From the NCBI GenBank assembly GCA_965225945.1, contig CBDDBZ010000021.1, positions 1 through 64,000 on the forward strand: DNA of 64,000 bases. The letters run 5' to 3'. Below are positions 52,940 through 62,300 of this stretch, piece after piece. The stretch's first letter is position 1, and each line of letters starts with the position of its first letter. The DNA is from Alphaproteobacteria bacterium. GTDB lineage: Bacteria; Pseudomonadota; Alphaproteobacteria; GCA-2731375. The notes under the pieces were generated by a model. The model saw only the letters and a program-made list of their open reading frames with translations. It ran no database searches and was not told the origin of the DNA. A program made the translations under genes and the position numbers.

Positions 52940-53050
52940 CTCGCCGGTCCCGCCCGAGCCTCGGGCGGGCCGCTTGAATTCGCTTGGCTTGGGGCCGGCC
53001 GGGGCAGGCTCCGCGCCGAAACGCGCTAATACAAGGCCGTCGGGCACAAG

Positions 53051-53842
53051 TCAAACCTCGCCGTCGCGTCGGTTTGCGGCCTCTTGCTCCAGAGCCGGGC
53101 CGGCCCGCCGCAGCGCGCTGACGATGCCGTGGAGCGTCCTCACTTCGGCTTCGCTGAACCCGGCGCGGGCGAACATGTTGCGGATGTTGCGGGTCATGGC
53201 GGGCCGCTTCTCCGGTGGCTTCAGAAAGCCGCCCGCGTCGAGCCCCGCCTCGAGGCGGCGGTGGAAGTTCTCCAACTCGGCGGCGCTCGCCCGCGCCGCG
53301 CCGCTCGGCGGCGCTTCCGCCACCGGGTCGGCTCGGAACCACTCGTGCCCCATCAACAGCACCGCCTGCGCCAGGTTGAGGGAAGAGAAGGCCGGGTTGG
53401 TCGCCACCTCGACGATGGCGGCGGCCGGGGCGATGTCGTCGTTGTCGAGCCCGGCCCGCTCAGCCCCGAACAGAATGCCGGCCTTTTCGCCCCGAGCCAG
53501 CGCGTGGCGCAGCCTCGCCGCCGCCTCGCGCGGGCGCAGCACCGGCTTCGCCATGTCGCGCGCCCGCGCCGTGGTCGCCAGCACCAGGTTCAAATCGGCG
53601 ATCGCGTCAGCCGTCGTGGCGTGGACCGTCGCCCGGTCCAATACGAGGTCCGCTCGGCTCGCCGCGGCCCGCGCCTGCTCGCTCGGCCAGCCGTCGCGCG
53701 GCGCCACCAAGCGCAGTTCGGTGAGGCCGAAGTTCAACATCGCGCGGGCCGCCGCGCCGATATTCTCGCCCAATTGCGGGCGCACGAGGACGACGGCGGG
53801 GCCGCCGAGGACGGCCGGCCTGGAGGTATCGGTTCCGGCCAT
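53051..53842 (-). CDS. trmJ: TrmJ/TrmH-family RNA methyltransferase
   Basis: PQLGENIGAAARAMLNFG, LFGAERAGL, FSSLNLAQAV. Confidence 0.88.
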   Translation of the reverse strand: MAGTDTSRPAVLGGPAVVLVRPQLGENIGAAARAMLNFGLTELRLVAPRDGWPSEQARAAASRADLVLDRATVHATTADAIADLNLVLATTARARDMAKPVLRPREAAARLRHALARGEKAGILFGAERAGLDNDDIAPAAAIVEVATNPAFSSLNLAQAVLLMGHEWFRADPVAEAPPSGAARASAAELENFHRRLEAGLDAGGFLKPPEKRPAMTRNIRNMFARAGFSEAEVRTLHGIVSALRRAGPALEQEAANRRDGEV

Positions 53843-53966
53843 GGCGCTTCAACTCCGGCGAGGTCGGGGCGAGCCTCGAGCTATATCACGACTTCGCGGC
53901 GTCTGGTCTTTGCCCGAGGTGATGCTATGGTCGCAGCGACACGCGGTGACCATGTCGGGAGGGGAG

Positions 53967-54752
53967 ATGAGCCTCGAGGCGACCTCGATTGAGGTTTCGG
54001 ACGTCCGGATCGATCTCCGCGCGGGCGGCGCGGGGCGGACATTTCTCTATCTTCACGGCGGTCTCGGGCCCGGCGGCGACGAGGTCTTTCTCGACGCGCT
54101 GGCGGGCGAGGCCCGCGTCCTGGCGCCGACCCACCCCGGTTTCGGTGCCTCCGAGTGGCCGCGCGAGTTCCGCGGCGTCGACGATCTGGCCTATTTCTAC
54201 CTCGACTTCGCCGAGGCCTATGGGCTCGACGACGCGGTCCTGGTCGGCGCCTGCTTCGGCGGCTGGCTCGCCGCCGAGATGCTGATCCGCAGCCGGCGGC
54301 AGTTCTCCCGCGCGGTGTTGATCGGGACGCTCGGGGCCAAGTTCTCCGACCGGCTGAGCCGCGACATCGCCGACATTCACGGCGCCGAGAAGGCGGAGCT
54401 CGACCGCCTGCTGTTCCACGATCCGGCGTTTGCCGCGCGCGACCTGACGGCGCTCGACGAGGCGACGCTGACCGCGATCGCGCGGGACCGCGAGGCCTTC
54501 GCCTATTACGGCTGGAAACCCTACATGCACAATCCCGGGCTGCGGCGCTGGTTGCACCGGATCGACGTCGCGACCCTGCTGATTTGGGGCGAGAGCGACG
54601 GCTTCGTCACCCCCGATTACGGCCGCGCCTGGGCCGCGGCGATACCCGGCGCGCGGCTGGAGACGATTGCGGAAGCGGGACATTTTCCCCATCTCGAACA
54701 GCCCGAGGAGACGGCGGCCCATGTCTTGGCCTTCGCCGCCGAGGGCCGGTAG
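53967..54752 (+). CDS. alpha/beta hydrolase-fold protein
   Basis: YLHGG, HPGFG, GACFGG nucleophile elbow (Cys), WGESD, AGHFPHLE. Confidence 0.85.
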   Translation: MSLEATSIEVSDVRIDLRAGGAGRTFLYLHGGLGPGGDEVFLDALAGEARVLAPTHPGFGASEWPREFRGVDDLAYFYLDFAEAYGLDDAVLVGACFGGWLAAEMLIRSRRQFSRAVLIGTLGAKFSDRLSRDIADIHGAEKAELDRLLFHDPAFAARDLTALDEATLTAIARDREAFAYYGWKPYMHNPGLRRWLHRIDVATLLIWGESDGFVTPDYGRAWAAAIPGARLETIAEAGHFPHLEQPEETAAHVLAFAAEGR

Positions 54753-54786
54753 GGACGGAAGGGAAGGGAAGGGAAGGAGCGCGAAC

Positions 54787-56010
54787 ATGCAGGTCTGGCA
54801 CTTTTCCGAGATGGCCTACCCACCGGCCTGGGACGCCGGGCGGAAACGGGGCAGTTTCCGCGTCACCCTGCCGAGTCGCGAATTCGACCCGGAAATCGGG
54901 GCCGACATCTTCCACCGGCACTACGACGAGTATCAACTCTGCGACGAACTCGGCATGAACATCATGGTGAACGAGCATCACAGCACGGCGACTTGCCTCA
55001 ACGCGGCGGTCACCGTCTCGCTCTCGATCCTGGCCCGGATCACCAAGAAGGCGCGCCTCCTTTCCCTCGGCATGCCGATCGCCAACCGATCGGACCCGGT
55101 CAGGGTCGCCGAGGAGATGGCGATGGTCGACGTCATCAGCCGGGGCCGGCTGGAAATGGGGCTGGTCAAGGGCGCGCCCTACGAGATCGCGCCGGCGAAT
55201 TCCAATCCCGGACGGATCATGGAGCGTTTCTGGGAGGCCCACGACCTGATTCTGAAGGCGATGTCGACGCACGACGGGCCGTTCAACTGGGAGGGCGAAT
55301 ACTTCCACTACCGCAAGGTCAATATCTGGCCTCGGCCCTGGCAACGGCCGCATCCACCGGTCTGGATCACCGGGCTCAGCCCCGGGACCGGTCGTGCCGT
55401 GGCCGAACGCGGCCATGTCGCGGCGGCGCTGTTGAGCGGCGGCATCGCCGGCGCCATGTTCGATGCCTACCGCCAGCGGGCGGCGGAGCTCGGCTGGGTG
55501 GCGCCGCACGACCGCATGGCCTATTGCGCGCTGGTCGGCGTCGGCGTGAGCGAGGCGGAGGGCAGGCGCCGGGCCGACGACGTCGCCGGCTACGTCCGCA
55601 CCTCGCCGCTCGTCGCCGAGCCGTTCCGCAATCCCCCGGGTTATAACGCCATTGCGGCCAACGTCGCGGCGATGCGCCAAGGCCCGAGCGTCAGTGTCGC
55701 CCGGGTCGCGACCGTCGATGGCCGGGTGATCGATCCGAGGGTCGCCTCGGTGCAGGAGTTCATCGACGCCCGCACCCTCTTCGCCGGCACGCCCGATCAG
55801 GTGTTCGAGCAGATCGTCCAGTTCAACCGCGAGGTCGGTGGCCTCGGCCATCTGATCATCATGGGCCAGGGCGGCACGCTCGGCTTCAAGGATACGTGTG
55901 AAAATCTCCGTCTTTTCGCCGAAGAGGTGATGCCTCGGCTCGGCGAGATCGAAATGCCGGAGAACCCCTACGCCGAACAGGCCGAGCGGGCGTCGAGCGC
56001 CGCCGAGTGA
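54787..56010 (+). CDS. LLM-class flavin-dependent oxidoreductase
   Basis: VNEHH, PVRVAEEMAMVDVISRGRL, PRPWQRPHPPVW, LFAEEVMPRL. Confidence 0.9.
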   Translation: MQVWHFSEMAYPPAWDAGRKRGSFRVTLPSREFDPEIGADIFHRHYDEYQLCDELGMNIMVNEHHSTATCLNAAVTVSLSILARITKKARLLSLGMPIANRSDPVRVAEEMAMVDVISRGRLEMGLVKGAPYEIAPANSNPGRIMERFWEAHDLILKAMSTHDGPFNWEGEYFHYRKVNIWPRPWQRPHPPVWITGLSPGTGRAVAERGHVAAALLSGGIAGAMFDAYRQRAAELGWVAPHDRMAYCALVGVGVSEAEGRRRADDVAGYVRTSPLVAEPFRNPPGYNAIAANVAAMRQGPSVSVARVATVDGRVIDPRVASVQEFIDARTLFAGTPDQVFEQIVQFNREVGGLGHLIIMGQGGTLGFKDTCENLRLFAEEVMPRLGEIEMPENPYAEQAERASSAAE

Positions 56011-56315
56011 GGCCCTCGGGCGCGCCGCCCGGCGCGCCGCCCTCGACATCGGCTCCCAACCGCGTCCCGTTCGGGCGGCGAGGCTTTCAGGCTCGACCGC
56101 CAATTCGTACTCATTTGGGTGATTTATTTGTTGTTATTTTGGATTAGCTTTGGGTTCGCGGGACCAAGTTGGTTTCGTGACTTGCCGTTTTGGCGGTTTT
56201 GTCGAGGATTTCGGGGTGTTTTGATGTCGAATGTGACGCTGCGCACTTTGAATTCCGGCAATTTTATCCAAATCTCCTGAGAGCCAATGGGCGCTAGGGG
56301 ATATTCGGGAGCAGC

Positions 56316-59300
56316 ATGATGGCCGATAGCATCGAGACCACGGGCATGAACGAGAGCGCGGGCACGACCACGGGCATGGCGGAGAACCTGGCGGCGGTGG
56401 ACGATTCCGTGCTTGTCGGCGCCGAGGGCCAGGTGACGGCGGTCGGCCAGGCGGATCTCGGCGAGACGGTCGAGGTCACGGACGAATCGCAGGAGATCGC
56501 GGTCGATCCGGGCGACGACTTCGTGCTCCCCGAAGGCATCGCCTCGGGCGACATCCAATATTCACAGTTCGAAGGCAGCCTGGTGATCGTGCTGCCGAGC
56601 GGCTCCGAGATCACCTTCACCGATTTCTTCGTGATCGCCTCTCAGCAGGAAGAGGGGGGCCTGCCCCCGGTGCTGACCCTGGCGGACGGCACGGTGATGG
56701 ACCCGCCCCTGGTGATCGCCCAGATCGCGGACTTCGACCCCAACGCGGTCGAGGCGGCGGCCGGCGGCGGCGGCGGCACTGGCGGCAACGCCTCGTTCTC
56801 GCCCTATGCCAGCGGCGACATCGGCCCCGGCGACGCCGCGCTGGATCTGTTGGGCAACTTGCCGGGCTTCCCCTTCGACCTCGGGAACCTGGAGGAGGAG
56901 TTCCTGGACGAGGCCGGCGGTCTGTTCCAGGTGGTGACTGCGCTCTCCCAGGTCGTGCCGGTGGGTCTGCCGACGGACCTGCCGTCGAGCGTCACCGGGT
57001 TGATCTCCGGCGACTTCGACGGCGGCTTCGAGGATGCGCTGCCGAACCAGCATCTGGGCGCGGTCGATGCGGCCAACGAGACCAAGACGCAGTTGGTGAT
57101 CGAGTTCGTGCCCGACGACGACGAGGTCGTCGAGAGCTTCGCGGTCGAGGGCATCCCGTTGGACGTGCGGATCTTCATCCGCCCGCTCGACGGCGGCGCC
57201 GACGTCGAGCTTGCGCACGACGGCTCGGTGACGGTGCCGGGGAGCTTGCTCAACAACATTTTCCTGATTCCGCCGGAGGACAACGACGCCGACATTCCGC
57301 TGTCGTTCAGCGCCGTGGTGGTGGATCCGCAGAATCCGACCAATCCGGTGACGCTGACGGGCACCTTCACGGTGGTGATCGACGCGGTGGCGGACGTCCC
57401 CTCGGTCGGCCCGACCGGGACCGGCGGCGGCTTCGTCGCGGGCGCGATCCCGAGCGTCGAGGGCGAGGCGGGCGGCACGGTCGCGGTCAACCTCGACGTC
57501 GTCTCGAACGATATCGACGGCTCGGAGACGACGGCGGTTCAGCTGTTCTTCTCCTCGCCCCAGAACTTCACCGCGGCGGACTTCGACGTGATCGCGGTGG
57601 GCGCGGAACTGGTGGTGCCGGAGGACGGCTCGCCGCCGTTCTGGGTGGTGCCGCAAGAGGGCTTCGCGGGCCTGCAAATCGTGGTGCCGGAGTCGGCGAC
57701 CGAGACCGTCGACGTCTTCGCCTTCGGCGTGGCGACGGAGACCTTGATCACCGGCGAGGAGCTGACCTTCGACAACAACCAGGCGTCGACCAAGAAGGCG
57801 GTGGCCTTCCAGATCGCGCTGGAGGGCGAGCTGATCGTCAACATCGGCAACCCGACCTTCCTGGAGACGGAGACGGATGATGTTCTGACGATCTCCTTCG
57901 CGGACCTCCAGGTGAGCGCGACGCTGGGCGGCGCGGGCCGCCCGGACCTGGTGGAGAGCGTGACGGCGACGTTCGAGAATCTGCCGGACGGCGCGGTGAT
58001 CTTGGACGCCTCGGGCAATGTGGTGGCGACGGCCTCGGGCGGCACGATCAGCGTGACGGCGCCGAGCCTGGACGACTTCAACGCGTTGACGCTGCAACTC
58101 CCCGCCGACTTCGCGACGCCGGGCCCGGGTGGTGTCATCGATCCGGGCGACATCAGCGGCACGGTGGTGGTGGAGAGCCCGGTCGCGGTGCTGAACCCGC
58201 AACCCGGCTCGATCGCCATCGACGTCGCGGTCGAGGGCGACATCGACGTGACGGCGGCGCCGGAGACGACGGCGGAAGACCAGAACCTGGCGACCATCTC
58301 CGACGGCGCCGGCAACAGCGTGACCTTGAACGTGGTGGTGCTGAACCTGGCGGCGGTGGCGACGGACGCCGACGGCTCGGAGACGGTGCAGACGGCGACG
58401 GTAACCTTCAACGACGTGCCGGCGGGGACCGGCGTGCTGTTCTTCGGCACCGCCGGGGCGACGATCGCGACGGTCGAGCGGAGCGTCAATCCCGACGGCA
58501 CCGAGGATCTGGTGGTGAGCAACCTCTCGCCGGCCGAGCTGGCCACGCTGCGGCTCGGCGTGCCGGAGGACTATAGCGGGACGATCACGGGCAACGTGGT
58601 CTCGGCCTTCACCGACGAGCAGGGCGAGGATTCCGCGACCTTCATGGTCGTGGTGACGCCGACGCCGGTTCTGGTGCTGCCGAGCGAGAATATCGGCGGT
58701 TCCGGCCTGGACCAGGAGACCGACCAGCCGATCACGGTGGATCTGAACCTCTCGGCGGCGATCACGGACGGCGACGGCAGCGAGGTCCTCACCTCGATCA
58801 CGGTGACCTTCGACCAGTTGCCGGCCGGCACGACGGCGAGCGGCGGCACGCTGACCGGCCTGGTCTGGAGCGGCACGCAGGCCGAGCTCTCGGCGCTCGC
58901 GCTGACCTTCCCGACGGACTATTCCTCCGAAGACGGCGGCGTGATCAACGGCAGTCTCAGGGTGACCACGGACGAGGGCGGCGACCAGACCGTCGGCTTC
59001 ACGGTTCCGGTGCTGCCCGAGGAAGACCTCGACGTGGTCGCGAACGACGTCACCGTGCCGGAGTCGGACACGGGCGTGACGGTCAACCTGAGCCTGTCGG
59101 CGACGGTGACCGACCAGGACGGCTCGGAAGTGGTCGATAGCGTGACGGTGACCTTCACCGGCCTGCCCGCGGGCTCGTCGGTGAACGGCGGCACGCTGGT
59201 GGGTGGTGTCTGGAGCGGCACGGCCGTCGAGCTGGCGGCGCTGCAACTGACGCTTCCGGCGAGTTTCACGGGCGACATTACCGGCCTTCTCAACACCGGC

Positions 59301-62300
59301 CTTCTCAACGCGACCTCGGACGAGGGCGGCAACGAGAGCGCGCCGTTCACCATCACCGTCGATGCGATGCCCGATGTGATCGCGGTGGACGACGTGACGG
59401 TGGACGAGGACGGCTTCGAGACCGCCAACCTCGATGACTCGCCGCTACGGCCGGGTGAAGTGGACAGCACGGAGTCGACCACGGGCACGGGCACGATCAC
59501 GGTCGATTTCGAAGCCGACGTCCCGGCGACGCTGGACGGCTCGTTGAGGCTTCTCGACTCGCCCGCTCTCGACGGCCAGTTGACGACGCTGGACGGCGGC
59601 TCGGTGAGCTTCACGAGCCCGGATGGCGGTCTGACGCTGGTCGGCACGGTGCCCGACGGCGAGGGCACGCGCGAGGTGCTGACGATCGCGGTGCAGACGG
59701 GGGCCTCGGCGAGCGGCACGGAGGTGACCTACACCTACGTGGCGACGCTGAACGAGCCGCTGGAGCATCCCGACCCCGAGGAGGGCGGGAACACCGAGAA
59801 CACCTTGACCTTGAGCGGCGTCGGCTTCGTGGCGACGGACTCGGACGGCGACCCGACGCCGGCGGCGAGCTTCGACGTGACGATCGTCGACGACATTCCG
59901 CTGGCGGTGAACGACGCGACGACCACGGCGGAGGATACCCAGGTCACCTACAACGTGATCACCAACACCGACGGGACCTCGGACGCGTCGGGCGCGGACG
60001 CGCCGCTGACGCTGGTCTCGGCGGGTCTATCCAGTGGTTCGGGCTCCGTGAGCTTCGCCTCGAACGGCGACGTCACCTTCACGCCGGCGAACGGCTTCGA
60101 GGGCGACGCGGTGATCGCCTACACGATCGAGGACCAGGACGGCGACCGGTCCTCGGCGACGCTGACGGTGACGGTCGGCGATGATTCGACCCCGATCGTG
60201 ACCCTGGACGAGGACGTGACGGTGGACGAGGACGGCTTGTCGGGCGCCAACCTGGACGGCACGCCGCTTCGGACGGGCGAGGTGGACAGCACCGAGGACG
60301 ACACGGCGACGGGGACGATCAAGGTCGACTATCTGAACGCGGCGGATGTTCCGGGGACGCCGGACGGCTCCCTGAAGCTTCTCGACTCGGCGGCTCTCGA
60401 CGGCCAGCTGACGACGCTGGACGGTCTCTCGGTCAGCTTTGCGCTTGACGGCGACCAGAAGCTCGTCGGCTCGGTGACGGACGGCCAGAATGTCACCCGC
60501 GAGGTGTTGACGATCGAGGTTCAGACCGGGGCCTCGGCGAGCGGCACGGAGGTGACCTACACCTACGTGGCGACGCTGAACGAGCCGCTGGAGCATCCCG
60601 ACCCCGAGGAGGGCGGGAACACCGAGAACACCTTGACCTTGAGCGGCGTCGGTTTCGTGGCGACGGACTCGGACGGCGACCCGACGCCGGCGGCTTCGTT
60701 CGACGTGACGATCGTCGACGACATTCCGCTGGCGGTGGACGACGCGACGACGACGGCGGAGGACACCCAGGTCACCTACAACGTGATCACCAACACCGAC
60801 GGGACCTCGGACGCGTCGGGCGCGGACGCGCCGCTGACGCTGGTCTCGGCGGGTCTGTCCAGTGGTTCGGGCTCCGTGAGCTTCGCCTCGAACGGCGACG
60901 TCACCTTCACGCCGGCGAACGGCTTCGAGGGCGACGCGGTGATCGCCTACACGATCGAGGACCAGGACGGCGACCGGTCCTCGGCGACGCTGACGGTGAC
61001 GGTCGGCGATGATTCGACCCCGATCGTGACCCTGGACGAGGACGTGACGGTGGACGAGGACGGCTTGTCGGGCGCCAACCTGGACGGCACGCCGCTTCGG
61101 ACGGGCGAGGTGGACAGCACCGAGGACGACACGGCGACGGGGACGATCAAGGTCGACTATCTGAACGCGGCGGATGTTCCGGGGACGCCGGACGGCTCCC
61201 TGAAGCTTCTCGACTCGGCGGCTCTCGACGGCCAGCTGACGACGCTGGACGGTCTCTCGGTCAGCTTTGCGCTTGACGGCGACCAGAAGCTCGTCGGCTC
61301 GGTGACGGACGGCCAGAATGTCACCCGCGAGGTGTTGACGATCGAGGTTCAGACCGGGGCCTCGGCGAGCGGCACGGAGGTGACCTACACCTACGTGGCG
61401 ACGCTGAACGAGCCGCTGGAGCATCCCGACCCCGAGGAGGGCGGGAACACCGAGAACACCTTGACCTTGAGCGGCGTCGGTTTCGTGGCGACGGACTCGG
61501 ACGGCGACCCGACGCCGGCGGCGAGCTTCGACGTGACGATCGTCGACGACATTCCGCTGGCGGTGGACGACGCGACGACGACGGCGGAGGACACCCAGGT
61601 CACCTACAACGTGATCACCAACACCGACGGGACCTCGGACGCGTCGGGCGCGGACGCGCCGCTGACGCTGGTCTCGGCGGGTCTGTCCAGTGGTTCGGGC
61701 TCCGTGAGCTTCGCCTCGAACGGCGCCATCACCTTCACGCCGGCCAACGGCTTCGAGGGCCCGGCGGTGATCGACTACACGATTCAAGACCAGGACGGCG
61801 ACCAGTCCTCGGCGAGCTTGACGGTGACGGTGGGCGATGATTCGACCCCGGTGGTGACCCAGGACGACGACGTGACGGTCGACGAGGACGGCTTCCAGTC
61901 CGCCAACCTCGACGGCACACCGACGCTGCGGCCGGGTGAAGTGGACAGCACGGAGCTGACCGCGGCGACGGGGACGATCAAGGTCGACTACCAGAACGCG
62001 GCGGATGTCCCGGGGACCTTGGACGGCTCCCTCAGGCTTCTCGACTCGGTCGCTCTCGACGGCCAGTTGACGACGCTGGACGGCGGCTCGGTGAGCTTCA
62101 CGAGCCCGGATGGCGGTCTGACGCTGGTCGGCACGGTGCCCGACGGCGAGGGCACGCGCGAGGTGCTGACGATCGCGGTGCAGACGGGGGCCTCGGCGAG
62201 CGGCACGGAGGTGACCTACACCTACGTGGCGACGCTGAACGAGCCGCTGGAGCATCCCGACCCGGCGGAGGGCGGCGATACGGAGAACACTCTGACCTTG

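Noticed and set aside
52080-54752. 890-aa plus-strand ORF
   Set aside because: Antisense read-through of rpsD and trmJ joined to the real hydrolase, which starts at 53967.
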